DNA of 64,000 bases from Candidatus Latescibacterota bacterium (GTDB lineage: Bacteria > Latescibacterota > UBA2968 > UBA8231). The stretch lies in the NCBI GenBank assembly GCA_963422735.1, contig OY730476.1, positions 992,001 to 1,056,000 on the forward strand, given 5' to 3'. The notes beneath the pieces were generated by a model. That model was not told the origin of the DNA. It worked only from the letters and a program-made list of their open reading frames with translations, and did not search any database. Shown piece by piece: positions 19,348 to 29,391 of this stretch (position 1 is its first letter; each line of letters starts with the position of its first letter). The position numbers and the translations under genes are program-made.

Positions 19348-20729
19348 GAGCGCTCTCCGGCGGTCAAGGCCGCGATCAGCTCCTCAGCTACCTCGCCGAT
19401 GTCGCCGGCCCCCATGACCAGGACCAAGTCGCCCCGGCGACAGATAGCCACCAAGTGGGCGACGAGCTGCTCCCTGTCCGGCAGGTATTCCACAGCTTTG
19501 TACCCGCTCCTGTGCAAGGCTCTCGCGATCAGCTCGGAGTTCACGCCGGGCAGCGGGGCCTCCCGCGCGGCAAAGACCGCCGCCAGCACCACGTAGTCGG
19601 CCGCAGCTAGCTCGCGGGCAAAGGCCGCAGCCAATTCGCGGGTGCGCGAGTACAGGTGGGGCTGGAAAACGGCGATTACGCGGCGGCCACTCTGCCGCGC
19701 AGCGGCCAAGGCCGCAGCCAATTCGGCTGGGTGATGGGCGTAGTCGTCCACGACCAGCACACCGGCGAGTTCCCCCTTGCGCTGAAAGCGCCGATCGGCC
19801 CCGCCAAACTGCTCCAAGGCGTCGGCGATCACTGCGAACTCCACTTGTAGCGCACAAGTCAGCGCAGCGGCCCCAGCGGCATTGCGGACATTGTGTGCGC
19901 CGTGGACCTGCAACTCGATTTCGCCTAGCTTTTGCCCGTCGAAACACAGGGCAAACCGGCTGCCCCAAGCCCGCTCTTCGAGCTCGGCGATTCGAAAGTC
20001 GTTGTCGCCATCCATGCCATAAGTCTGATGGGGACGCTGCAAGTCGGCCAGCACCCGCTCCCCGACCAGCCCGTCCCCGGCCAGCACACTGCGGCCGCAG
20101 AAAGGCAGGCGCGCGAGAAATTGGCCGAAGGCCAGTTCAAGGGCCTTCAAGTTCCCATAGTAGTCGAGGTGTTCGGCGTCTATACCTGTCACGAGAGCCA
20201 AGCTCGGATACAGGTGCAAGAAGCCGCCGGCAAACTCATCGGCCTCTACCACGAAGACCTCGCCGCTGCCCGGCTCGGCCTGCGGCCGCCCATTTAGCCA
20301 GCCCCCGACCAAGACCTGGGGATCGAGGCCAGCGCAGCGCAAGATCGCCGCCACCATCGAAGCGGTCGTCGTCTTGCCGTGGGCACCGGCTATGGCAAGA
20401 GTCAACGGTACGCGGGACAGCTCCCCGAGCACCTCGGCCCGACTCGCTGTGGTAATTCCCTCTTGCGCGGCAGCCTGCCGCTCGGGGTTGTCAGCCGGTA
20501 CGGCAGCCGAATACACCACTAGATCCGCGCCTTGTACGAGCTCGCTGTCGTGCCCCACTGCGACGGCGAATCCCTCTTGGCGCAGCAGCGCGACGCTGCG
20601 CGAGTCGGCCTGATCCGAGCCGCTTACCACGCAGCCTTTGGCAGCGATAAGCCGGGCCAAGCCCTCCATGCCCGCCCCACCGATGCCGACGAGGTGAACG
20701 CGGCGATATTGGTCGAAAAGAGTCTTCAT
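19344..20729 (-). CDS. murC: UDP-N-acetylmuramate--L-alanine ligase
   Basis: GIGGAGM, GAHGKTTT, EADE, DDYAHHP and FQPHLYSRT. Confidence 0.96.
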   Translation of the reverse strand: MKTLFDQYRRVHLVGIGGAGMEGLARLIAAKGCVVSGSDQADSRSVALLRQEGFAVAVGHDSELVQGADLVVYSAAVPADNPERQAAAQEGITTASRAEVLGELSRVPLTLAIAGAHGKTTTASMVAAILRCAGLDPQVLVGGWLNGRPQAEPGSGEVFVVEADEFAGGFLHLYPSLALVTGIDAEHLDYYGNLKALELAFGQFLARLPFCGRSVLAGDGLVGERVLADLQRPHQTYGMDGDNDFRIAELEERAWGSRFALCFDGQKLGEIELQVHGAHNVRNAAGAAALTCALQVEFAVIADALEQFGGADRRFQRKGELAGVLVVDDYAHHPAELAAALAAARQSGRRVIAVFQPHLYSRTRELAAAFARELAAADYVVLAAVFAAREAPLPGVNSELIARALHRSGYKAVEYLPDREQLVAHLVAICRRGDLVLVMGAGDIGEVAEELIAALTAGERS

Positions 20730-20731
20730 GA

Positions 20732-21850
20732 CTACCAACCCACCAAGCCATCTTGGTGTCCGGGGGCCGTGCGGGCGACCCCCAGCAAGATACCTACCCC
20801 TACCATGTTCCCCATCAGTGCCGAGCCTCCGTAACTGACAAAGGGCAGCGGTAAGCCAGTGGTGGGCAGTACCCCGATGACCACGCCGATGTTCAGCAGG
20901 GCGTATATCGAAATCATCGCCGTAATACCGACGGCGACCAAAAAACCATACGTATCGCCGGCGCGGGCCCCGATGCGCAGCCCGTAAAACGAGAACGCTG
21001 CGAAAAGCCCGCTAACGACCAGCGTACCCACAAGTCCCATTTCCTCGCCGATGACTGAGAAGACAAAATCCGTGTGTGGCTCGGGTAAGTACTGCTCTTT
21101 TTGCATGCTGTTGCCCAAACCCACCCCAAAAAGGCCGCCGTTGCCCATACCGCAGAGCGACTGCAAGAGTTGGTAGGAGCCAGCCGGATCGCGTTCTGGG
21201 TCAATAAAGTTGAGCAAACGACGCATCTGATAACTCGAATACATCAGGGAAAGCCCAATGCCCAACAGTGCGAGCAACCCGGCCCCGGCCAAGTGGTGCA
21301 AGCGCATTCCGCCGACCCACAGCATGATCAAGGCAATCAGCCCCAGCGCGATGGCCGTCCCCAAGTCGGGCTGTAATACGATGAGCACGAGGACGAAGCC
21401 GACGACCAACAAACGGGGGATAAACCCGCGGCTAAAATCGTGTAGCTCGTCGCGCTTGCGCACCAAGACATCCGCCAAGTAGAGCACCAAAGCCAGCTTG
21501 GCGAACTCGGCCGGCTGAAAGGCCAAGCCCCTGCCCAAGGCCGGAATGCTCAACCAGCGCTGGGCCGCGCCATGGCCCCACGCCAAGACCAGCAAGAGCG
21601 ACAAGAGGGCCAACAACATGATGGGGCGCGAAAGCCGAGCCCACCAATGCAAAGGCAGCCGCGAAAACGCGAGCGCGAGCACCAAACCGATGAGGACGCG
21701 GATGGATTGCTTCTTGAGGAAGAGGCCCGAGTCGCCAAAGCGCACATTCGCCAAAACCGAACTAGAGCTATAGACCATGACCAGTCCCAGACCTAGCAGC
21801 GTCATGCAGATCAGCAACACGCACATGCTGTCGCGCTGAACAGCTATCAT
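20732..21850 (-). CDS. ftsW: Peptidoglycan glycosyltransferase FtsW
   Basis: FQPAEFAK, LQPDLGT, LPEPHTDF and LPFVSYGGS. Confidence 0.95.
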   Translation of the reverse strand: MIAVQRDSMCVLLICMTLLGLGLVMVYSSSSVLANVRFGDSGLFLKKQSIRVLIGLVLALAFSRLPLHWWARLSRPIMLLALLSLLLVLAWGHGAAQRWLSIPALGRGLAFQPAEFAKLALVLYLADVLVRKRDELHDFSRGFIPRLLVVGFVLVLIVLQPDLGTAIALGLIALIMLWVGGMRLHHLAGAGLLALLGIGLSLMYSSYQMRRLLNFIDPERDPAGSYQLLQSLCGMGNGGLFGVGLGNSMQKEQYLPEPHTDFVFSVIGEEMGLVGTLVVSGLFAAFSFYGLRIGARAGDTYGFLVAVGITAMISIYALLNIGVVIGVLPTTGLPLPFVSYGGSALMGNMVGVGILLGVARTAPGHQDGLVGW

Positions 21851-21904
21851 CAGCAAGGAACTCTATGTTGCTAGGGGATTGAGAATGCGCCCGGTGGGAG
21901 CGAG

Positions 21905-23281
21905 CTATCTCAACTGCTGCAGAATGCGTTCGACGACTCGGTCAAAGGCCATGGACCGAGAGGCCTTGACTAAGACCAAGTCGCCGTGACGCAATTGCGC
22001 CGCGGCGAATTCGCCGAGTTGCTCGGGCTGCTCGAAGTGGCGAGCCGCGTCTTGGGCCATGCCAGCCGCACGGGCCGCGGCCACCAAATGCACACTCTCG
22101 CGGCCAGCAGCCAGTACGACATCGGCGCACGCGGCGGCCTTCTCACCTACGGTCGCGTGCAACGGGCCGCTCTCCGCGCCGAGCTCTAGCATATCGCCGA
22201 GCACGGCAATTTTCCGCACACTAGGCACATCGAGGAGGAGGTCGAGTGCGGCTGACATCGAACCGGGGCTGGCGTTGTAGCAATCGTCGATTACTGATAC
22301 CCCGTTTTTGTACGCGATCTCGCCGCGCTGGCTCACCGCCCGAAAATCGGCGAGGGTACGCTGGATCTCTTCCCAAGGTACGCCAAGGATGCGGCCGATA
22401 GCGGCTGCCGCCAAGGCATTGTACGCGTTGTGTCGCCCCGGGATATTGAGATCAATGGGAACATGGTGTAGAAGGAAGTGGCCGCAGCCCTTCTGGTCGA
22501 GTACGAGCCTCTCCCCACGAAACTCGCTCTCACGCGCAAAACCGAAGGTCAGGAGTCTCCCCTTTGTCCTCTTTACCTCCTGAGCCACGACACGGTCATC
22601 GGCGTTGACGAGAGCCGTTAAAGACTCGTCCAGATAATCCAGAAGCTCCCCTTTGGCCTTGGCCACTCCTTCTACAGACCCGAAAAATTCTATGTGTGCA
22701 GTCCCGATGTTGAGCAAAACCCCAATGGTAGGCTCGGCAACCGAACACAGATAGCGAATGTCTCCCACCCGCCGCGCCGCCAGTTCCAATACCACCGCCT
22801 CGTGGCTCGGCGACAATTGCAGCAAAGTGCGGGGCAGCCCTATCTCGTTGTTCTCGTTGCCGATGGTTTTCAAAACGCGGTACCGCTGCCCCAAGACAGC
22901 GGCGATCATTTCCTTGGTCGTCGTCTTGCCCGTGCTGCCTACAACGGCCACCACCGGCACCTCCCAGCGCCGTCGATACGCCCGCGCCATATCGCCCAGC
23001 GCTCGCAGCGTCGAGCCGACGGCCAACAGCGGGCCGGAAGCCGCCCGGTCCAACCCTGGCCAACAACGCTCCACTAAGGCCGCGCACGCACCGCGGGCAA
23101 AGGCTGCCTCGACGAAATCGTGCCCATCGAAGCGCTCGCCCCGCAGCGCGACGAACAGCGCGCCCTCGTCAATGACCCGGCTGTCGGTTGCCACCGCTTG
23201 CAGGGCGCAATCCGGCTGGAGACTACCGACCAGGTCGGCAGCCGTCCATTGCACCATCTCGCTCAGGGTCACGGCGCGCAT
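21905..23281 (-). CDS. murF: UDP-MurNAc-tripeptide--D-Ala-D-Ala ligase
   Basis: GSTGKTTTKE, NNEIGLP, DCYNASP, LGDMLELG and KASR. Confidence 0.96.
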   Translation of the reverse strand: MRAVTLSEMVQWTAADLVGSLQPDCALQAVATDSRVIDEGALFVALRGERFDGHDFVEAAFARGACAALVERCWPGLDRAASGPLLAVGSTLRALGDMARAYRRRWEVPVVAVVGSTGKTTTKEMIAAVLGQRYRVLKTIGNENNEIGLPRTLLQLSPSHEAVVLELAARRVGDIRYLCSVAEPTIGVLLNIGTAHIEFFGSVEGVAKAKGELLDYLDESLTALVNADDRVVAQEVKRTKGRLLTFGFARESEFRGERLVLDQKGCGHFLLHHVPIDLNIPGRHNAYNALAAAAIGRILGVPWEEIQRTLADFRAVSQRGEIAYKNGVSVIDDCYNASPGSMSAALDLLLDVPSVRKIAVLGDMLELGAESGPLHATVGEKAAACADVVLAAGRESVHLVAAARAAGMAQDAARHFEQPEQLGEFAAAQLRHGDLVLVKASRSMAFDRVVERILQQLR

Positions 23282-24753
23282 GATAGCTGCCTTTCCCCAG
23301 TGTGCAAACCCCGCAGCACGCGCCGCGCAACTTCGCGGTCGTCAAAGGCCACGACGCGATCGGCTAGCTCCTGTTCCTGTTCGTGCCCCTTGCCGGCAAT
23401 GACCACCACATCCCCGCCGCGCGCTGTGGTGAGAGCCTTGGCAATGGCTTGCGCGCGGTCAACTTCGCTGTGTACCGCGTGTCTGTCGGGTGCGCCGGCG
23501 GCCATCTCGTCGATGATGCACTGCGGATTCTCGCTGCGCGGGTTGTCCGAAGTCAAGACCGTCCAATCGGCCCACTCACCAGCGATGCGGCCCATCAGTG
23601 AACGCTTGCTGCGATCTCGATCCCCGCCGCAGCCGCAGACGCAGATCAAGCGGCCACTCCCCAAGTCGCGGGCGGCGCACAAAATCATTTCCAGCGCGTC
23701 CGGGGTGTGGGCGTAATCCACGATGACCGCGAAGTCCTGCCCCTCGACAATCTGCTCGCAGCGGCCCGGTACGCTCTCTAGGGCGGCCAAGCCACGGCAC
23801 AGAGCCGCGGCATCCAAATCCAATGCCAACCCGGTGGCCACGACGGCCATGGCGTTGTAGTAATTGAAGCGGCCGATCAAATGCGTCTGCACCTCGATGG
23901 GGCCGGCTGGGGTGTCCAAGCACAGCTGCGTCCCCTGCGGGCCAGCAGCCGCGCTTTGCAACCTCACCTCGGCCTCTGGACTACAACCGTACGTCACGAC
24001 GCACGCCTTTGTCCTGCGGGCCAATTCGTCGGCGCGGGCATCGTCGGTGTTAATCACCGCAATCCCACCTTCTTGCAGGCCTTCAAAAAGCCGGGCCTTG
24101 GCCGCAAAGTACGCCTCCCAAGTCCCGTGAAAATCCAAGTGATCGCGCGTCAGATTGGTAAAGATCGCCGCCCGGAAGGAAATGCCCTCCACCCTTTTTA
24201 ATGCCAGCCCATGGGAAGACACTTCTAGCACGGCCGCTCGCTTGCCGGCATCGACGAGCCGGCGCAGTAAGCCGTGGAGTTGGGCGGCCTCGGGCGTAGT
24301 ATTGTCCATCTTCTCCAATGCGCCATCGCCCCAGAATCCCAAGGTCCCCAAGTACCCGCACGGCAAACCGGCAGCTTCGAGGGCGCTCCTGAGCAGGAAG
24401 GCGGTGGTGGTCTTGCCATTGGTGCCGGTGACTCCGACGTTGAGCAGTGCTCGTCCGGGAAAGGCGTAAAAACGCGCTGCCATTCGGGCCAACGCGGCCC
24501 GACAGTCCGCCACCTGTACCCGCGTTGCCCCGGCACAATCGATCCGCTCCTCCACCATCACGGCGCGGGCACCGCGGGCTATAGCATGGTCGACAAAGCG
24601 GTGCCGGTCCTGCTCCTGCCCCCCGCGCACGGCCACGAAAAGGTCGCCTTCCTCCACGCAGCGCGAATCGCAGCGGATCTGCCCTAGATCAATATCTCGG
24701 TCGCCCTCCACGCAGGCGTCAGGCAACTCTTCGAGTAGGTATTTTAGTTCCAT
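23269..24753 (-). CDS. murE: UDP-MurNAc-dipeptide--meso-DAP ligase
   Basis: GTNGKTT, NLTRDHLDFH, DYAHTPD and DNPR (DAP-type). Confidence 0.96.
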   Translation of the reverse strand: MELKYLLEELPDACVEGDRDIDLGQIRCDSRCVEEGDLFVAVRGGQEQDRHRFVDHAIARGARAVMVEERIDCAGATRVQVADCRAALARMAARFYAFPGRALLNVGVTGTNGKTTTAFLLRSALEAAGLPCGYLGTLGFWGDGALEKMDNTTPEAAQLHGLLRRLVDAGKRAAVLEVSSHGLALKRVEGISFRAAIFTNLTRDHLDFHGTWEAYFAAKARLFEGLQEGGIAVINTDDARADELARRTKACVVTYGCSPEAEVRLQSAAAGPQGTQLCLDTPAGPIEVQTHLIGRFNYYNAMAVVATGLALDLDAAALCRGLAALESVPGRCEQIVEGQDFAVIVDYAHTPDALEMILCAARDLGSGRLICVCGCGGDRDRSKRSLMGRIAGEWADWTVLTSDNPRSENPQCIIDEMAAGAPDRHAVHSEVDRAQAIAKALTTARGGDVVVIAGKGHEQEQELADRVVAFDDREVARRVLRGLHTGERQLSCAP

Positions 24754-26718
24754 CTAAATACCTCTCGAACTTTGGGCTAGAATGTTTCCGATGAGTCGCG
24801 CCTGCTGCGCTTTCCACGAGCTGCGGCTAGCCCCTTCGCCCAGCGTACAGTTGATTCGCTCGACGCGACCGGCCCGACCGGGCAGGGGCGACTGCCTGAC
24901 GACCGCGGTCCCTGCACCAGAAAAGGCCACCGGTAACCCCCGCATCTGTGCTTGGAAGCGGGCCATGGCCTGGGTCATGCCGCGCAGGTCTGGCACGGCT
25001 GGTCCCTCTTTCTGCGGATGCTTGGCCGCTGGCTCGACCAACGAGCCGCCGGGTAGGCTGATAATCCGCTTCATCACCCGGCGGAAGGTCGGGGCTGCTA
25101 CGTATCCTCCCCATCCGTTCACACGGGGGTTTTCGACCATAATCACGCACGCGTACTGAGGATCGTCGGCCGGCAGAAAGCCGACGAATGAGGCGATGCT
25201 GGCGTTGGGGTCGTAGCCGCTGCCACCGGTTACAGCGCGCTGGGCCGTGCCTGTCTTTCCGGCCACGACCACGCCCTGGATGCGGGCCTTTTGCCCGGTG
25301 CCTTTTTCCACTACCCCGGTCAGTACCTCGCTCAGCGTCGCCGCAGTCTGCCGACTCACGACCCGGCGGATCGGCTGGGGGCCGCCGCGATCGTCGAGCC
25401 GACTGTCCGGGCCGATCGTTCCGGCGACGATCCTTGGTGCCATCAGCACACCGCCGTTGGCAATGGCCCCGTACGCCATGGCAAGCTGTAGGGCCGTCAC
25501 GCCGATTTCCTGCCCGATGGCGATGGTCGCCAGCGACCGCTTGGACCACTGATCGACCTCCTGTAATAAACCAGGTGTTTCCGCCGGCAAGTCAATGCCA
25601 GTGCGAATGGCAAAGCCAAAGTTGCGGATGTGTTCGTAAAAGCGGTGCCGCGACAGCCGCTGCGCCAACTTGATCGTGCCGATGTTGCTCGATTTTTCCA
25701 AAACCTGAGGAAAGAGCAGATCGCCGTGGGGCTGGACATCGTGGATGGTGTCCCCATTGGCCAACCTGAATGTCCCCCACTCGCAAAAGATGCGATCTTG
25801 CAGGCTAGTCAGACCGTCTTCAAGGACGGAGGCGGCCGCGACAATTTTGAAGGTCGAGCCGGGTTCGTACACGTCAGTTATCGCGCGGTTGCGCCTGAGT
25901 TCCGGCGACGATCGAGACGCCTTATTGGGGTCGAAAAGCGGCAGGTTGGCCATGGCCAGCACCTCGCCGCTGCGCGGGGCGATGATGACGCCCAAAGCAC
26001 CTTGGGCCTTTGAGCCGTCGATGGCCCGTTGTAGCTCTTCTTCTAGAATGCTCTGATAGACCACGTCGATGGTCAGCATCAGGTCGCGGCCGTGCTCCGG
26101 CTCTTCGCGTCGCTGATGCCGCCCGGGCACGTGCTCGCCCCGCGCATCGACGTATTCCAATATAGAGCCGTCCTTTTCGCGCAGTATGTCGTCGAAGGCC
26201 CGCTCAATCCCCTCGCGGCCGCTGTTGTCGATGTTGGTGTGCCCGATGAGTTGGCCGGCCAGCGGCCCCAAGGGGTACTGGCGGCGGGTCTCTGGGTGTT
26301 GGAATACGCCGGTGTACGCGACCTCGCCCACGTTTGCGTCAACTACCTGACGCGCCAGATAGATAAATTGCTTGTCCTCACGCAATTGACGCTCGATGAA
26401 CTCGGCCCGTTTATCGCTCAGGGGCGCGAAGTGGGCGGCTACGCGCTTGGGTTCCTCAACCTGATTGGGATAGGCGTAAAACGACGTGGCTTGGACATCT
26501 ATGGCCAAGTTGTTGCCGCGCCGATCTACGACCTGACCCCGGTTCGCCTTCAGTGTGCGACGCTTAAGGTACTGATCGCGGGCCTCGGCGCTGTACGCCT
26601 CGTGCCTGAAGATCTGGATTTGGACTAGGCGTGCGGACAAACCTAACCACGCCACCACGCCCAAAACTACGACCCAGCGCAGCCGACCAATGCCCGTATG
26701 TTGCACCCGTGGCCCCAT
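24754..26718 (-). CDS. ftsI: Class B penicillin-binding protein with a C-terminal PASTA-like domain
   Basis: EPGSTFK, SSN and KTGT motifs; position in dcw. Confidence 0.94.
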   Translation of the reverse strand: MGPRVQHTGIGRLRWVVVLGVVAWLGLSARLVQIQIFRHEAYSAEARDQYLKRRTLKANRGQVVDRRGNNLAIDVQATSFYAYPNQVEEPKRVAAHFAPLSDKRAEFIERQLREDKQFIYLARQVVDANVGEVAYTGVFQHPETRRQYPLGPLAGQLIGHTNIDNSGREGIERAFDDILREKDGSILEYVDARGEHVPGRHQRREEPEHGRDLMLTIDVVYQSILEEELQRAIDGSKAQGALGVIIAPRSGEVLAMANLPLFDPNKASRSSPELRRNRAITDVYEPGSTFKIVAAASVLEDGLTSLQDRIFCEWGTFRLANGDTIHDVQPHGDLLFPQVLEKSSNIGTIKLAQRLSRHRFYEHIRNFGFAIRTGIDLPAETPGLLQEVDQWSKRSLATIAIGQEIGVTALQLAMAYGAIANGGVLMAPRIVAGTIGPDSRLDDRGGPQPIRRVVSRQTAATLSEVLTGVVEKGTGQKARIQGVVVAGKTGTAQRAVTGGSGYDPNASIASFVGFLPADDPQYACVIMVENPRVNGWGGYVAAPTFRRVMKRIISLPGGSLVEPAAKHPQKEGPAVPDLRGMTQAMARFQAQMRGLPVAFSGAGTAVVRQSPLPGRAGRVERINCTLGEGASRSSWKAQQARLIGNILAQSSRGI

Positions 26719-27017
26719 CAATCTCCTTCCCAATGCACCAATGCGCCATCCATGCCATCCACAGTTTCCGAGGGGTAGATCATGCCGAGCTGGCCGAAGG
26801 CCACTTTCTCGACAAAACCGGAGTTTTTCCGCACCGAGATGGCCGCCAATAGCTGGGTGCGCGCGCTGTCGAGTTCAACTATTTGCGTCTCAGCCGTGCT
26901 GATGTCGCCGGCCACCCGGGCCATTTCGACCTTTTGCCAGATGTGGAAGAGGGCCGCCCCGGCCAGCATCCCTATGAGGAGTACGCACTTCGCACAGGAA
27001 ATTCCGCCTTTGTTCAT
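26718..27017 (-). CDS. ftsL: Cell division protein FtsL
   Basis: Small TM plus coiled-coil protein between rsmH and ftsI, ending ...QLGMIYP. Confidence 0.75.
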   Translation of the reverse strand: MNKGGISCAKCVLLIGMLAGAALFHIWQKVEMARVAGDISTAETQIVELDSARTQLLAAISVRKNSGFVEKVAFGQLGMIYPSETVDGMDGALVHWEGD

Positions 27018-27018
27018 A

Positions 27019-27945
27019 TCAGCCTGCCTCGATTTTTTCGTAGATCCTCAAAACGGCGCTGCGCGCCCGAGTGTTTTGTTTGACCTCGGCCTCGCCCGCC
27101 CGCTGCAACTTGTGCCCCACTCGCTTAAACGACGGTTTCCGCCCGCAGGTGCAAACGGGCATGCGCGGCGGACAGATGCAGCCGCGCACCAGCTCCGCGA
27201 GATGCTGCTTGACCAACCGATCCTCCAAGGAGTGATAGGCCACGACGGCCAGTCGGCCGCCGGGCTTCAGCCACGCCTCCGCAGCCGTCAACCCCTTCTG
27301 TAACTGCCCCAACTCGTCGTTGACGGCAATGCGCAACGCTTGGAACACGCGCGCCAACGTCTTGTTGAGCATCTGGGGCCGCGTGGCCGCTACGGCCTGG
27401 CGCAAAGCCTGCGTAGTGGTCAAGGGTGCAAGCCGCTGCTGCCGGCAGATCGAGCGTGCGATACGACGTGCCGCGCGCTCTTCCCCGTAGCGCGCAATCA
27501 GCTCGGCCAGTTCGGCCTCGCTGCACGCCGCGATCCATCTGGCGGCTGTGGGGCCAATTTCCGCATCCATTCGCATGTCGAGAGGCCCGTCGGCCCGGTA
27601 GCTGAATCCCCGGGCCGGTGCGTCGATCTGATGTGAGGAAACCCCTAAGTCGAACAGAACTCCGCTCAACGGCCCGATCCCCTCCTGGGCCAGCAACTCG
27701 CTTAATTCGGCAAAGCGGCCTCGCCGCACGACAGCCCGCGTATCTGTTGCCAACCTCGCTCGCGCTACCGCTACGGCCTCCTGATCGCGATCCACTGCAA
27801 GCAGCCGCCCCTTGGGACCGAGAGCCTGAAGCAATGCCCAACTGTGGCCGCCACCGCCAGCCGTCGCATCCACGTACGCTCCGTCCGGATCGGCGACCAG
27901 CCCCGCGACCACTTCCGCAACCATGACCGGAATGTGGTACGCCAT
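27019..27945 (-). CDS. rsmH: 16S rRNA m4C1402 methyltransferase
   Basis: HIPVM, DATAGGGGHS, DLGVSS, FQALRIAVN and YHSLEDRLVK. Confidence 0.97.
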   Translation of the reverse strand: MAYHIPVMVAEVVAGLVADPDGAYVDATAGGGGHSWALLQALGPKGRLLAVDRDQEAVAVARARLATDTRAVVRRGRFAELSELLAQEGIGPLSGVLFDLGVSSHQIDAPARGFSYRADGPLDMRMDAEIGPTAARWIAACSEAELAELIARYGEERAARRIARSICRQQRLAPLTTTQALRQAVAATRPQMLNKTLARVFQALRIAVNDELGQLQKGLTAAEAWLKPGGRLAVVAYHSLEDRLVKQHLAELVRGCICPPRMPVCTCGRKPSFKRVGHKLQRAGEAEVKQNTRARSAVLRIYEKIEAG

Positions 27946-27968
27946 GTCGTTGCCAAGTCATCATGCGT

Positions 27969-28424
27969 TCACAGGTTGATGTCGATGTCCCCGAGTTCTC
28001 CCCCCACTTTTTCCATCGTCTCTTCCACTGCCGGAAACTCATCGCATTCGTCTGGATTCCAAAATTCCAACTTGTTTAAAACGCCGATGATCACCATCTG
28101 ACCGTTGATATTGGCCTTTTCTAAGAGTTTGCGCGGAATGCCGACCCGCCCTTGGCGATCCATTTTCACTTCCGCCGCATGCGAGAGCATAGAGCGAATA
28201 AATGTTCTCACCTCGCGTTTGGTCTGCGATAGGCTGAGCAGTTTGTGCGCCATTTCCTCCCAGATGTGTTGGGGATAGGCGGCCAAGCAGTGGTCGAAAC
28301 CCCGCACCACAACGAGCGTGTCGTCGGCTTCTGGCGGCAGTTTCTTGCGGAACTCCGCAGGCACAAAAATTCGCCCCTTGTCATCGATGGGAACCTCGTG
28401 TCTGCCTGTGAAAAACTGTGCCAT
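27969..28424 (-). CDS. mraZ: Transcriptional regulator MraZ
   Basis: Two DxxGR motifs (IDDKGR, MDRQGR). Confidence 0.95.
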   Translation of the reverse strand: MAQFFTGRHEVPIDDKGRIFVPAEFRKKLPPEADDTLVVVRGFDHCLAAYPQHIWEEMAHKLLSLSQTKREVRTFIRSMLSHAAEVKMDRQGRVGIPRKLLEKANINGQMVIIGVLNKLEFWNPDECDEFPAVEETMEKVGGELGDIDINL

Positions 28425-28454
28425 TTGATGCCCGCGCCAAGCTAAAACCTTCGT

Positions 28455-28516
28455 CCCACCACTTTCCACCACTTTCCACCACACCCCAAAATACATCTGT
28501 CTCAATGGGGCGTCAA
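28455..28516 (-). promoter_or_regulatory. dcw promoter with MraZ-binding direct repeats
   Basis: TTGACG(28516-28511)-N17-TATTTT(28493-28488), followed by GTGGTGG three times at a 10-bp period (28482-28456). Confidence 0.8.
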
Positions 28517-28662
28517 GCACAATTTTTTCTATGTTTTTCAGATAGATACGGCCATTTTAAAAGATATATACACAAGTTTGTGTATATATCACACAATATT
28601 GTGTGCATCTCACTTACTACCTACTCTCTTTAATTATTGCCTCTACTGTCATCTTGACATAG

Positions 28663-28699
28663 AAAAGGGGCTGGCCATAGCGTGGTCCAGCCCCTTTTT
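28663..28699 (-). terminator. Intrinsic (bidirectional-type) terminator after trmB
   Basis: AAAAGGGGCTGG...CCAGCCCCTTTT hairpin with T tracts on both strands. Confidence 0.8.
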
Positions 28700-28718
28700 G
28701 CGTGCTCGGTGGGTACCT

Positions 28719-29321
28719 TTACGCCGGTATCTTCTCCATGACCCGGCGATAGATCGGCTTGCCCTGTGCAAGGAACTTGTCTTCGTAATTCGTCCGTGCC
28801 CCCAACCACTCGACATCCGCCTCCACCAAGCACGGGCTGGTTTCCAGTGCGGCGAGCATGACATCGAAATAGTCGGCGTAATCCGTGGCTAACCACAACT
28901 GACCACCCACGCACAAAGTGCGCTCAACTTCGCGCAGAAAGTCCTCGTTAAAGAGTCGTCGCTTGTAGTGCCGCTTCTTAGGCCAAGGATCGGGAAAGTA
29001 GATGTGATAGGCCCGCACCGACGCAGCGGCCACGAAGAATTCGATGAATTCCCGCGCATCCAAGTGCGCGAATCGCACATTGCTGAGGTTGCGGCGCGCG
29101 GCGCGCTGGCAGGCAATGCGCAAGTATTTGGCCGCCCATTCGACTCCGACGAAATTCACTGTGGGCTGGCGGCTGGCCGCGTCGATGATAAAGCGCCCTT
29201 TGCCAATGCCGATTTCGACCTCCACCGGCTGGTCATTGCCAAAAACTTCCCGCCAATCCAACGTCGGATCCCGGTCTGGGCTATCCGGTAGCACCAGAAA
29301 ACCCTCTCCGGTCTGCTCCAT
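28719..29321 (-). CDS. trmB: tRNA (guanine-N7)-methyltransferase
   Basis: EIGIGKG, FPDPWPKKRH, LATD and TNYE. Confidence 0.95.
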   Translation of the reverse strand: MEQTGEGFLVLPDSPDRDPTLDWREVFGNDQPVEVEIGIGKGRFIIDAASRQPTVNFVGVEWAAKYLRIACQRAARRNLSNVRFAHLDAREFIEFFVAAASVRAYHIYFPDPWPKKRHYKRRLFNEDFLREVERTLCVGGQLWLATDYADYFDVMLAALETSPCLVEADVEWLGARTNYEDKFLAQGKPIYRRVMEKIPA

Positions 29322-29391
29322 CAAATTCTCCCCAAAGAAAAGGCGCTCCCTAGTATAGGGAGCGCCGCGCAAATAATACTGTGAATCGAGA

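Noticed and set aside
16094-28042. Long alternative-frame and antisense ORFs over dcw genes (e.g. 16094..17158, 27125..28042; likewise 42173..42985 over the PhyH gene)
   Set aside because: Arg/Gly/Pro-rich shadow ORFs expected in high-GC coding DNA, with no recognisable motifs.
28455-28482. 10-bp-period direct repeats as a novel repeat or mini-CRISPR
   Set aside because: They match the known MraZ operator arrangement upstream of mraZ.
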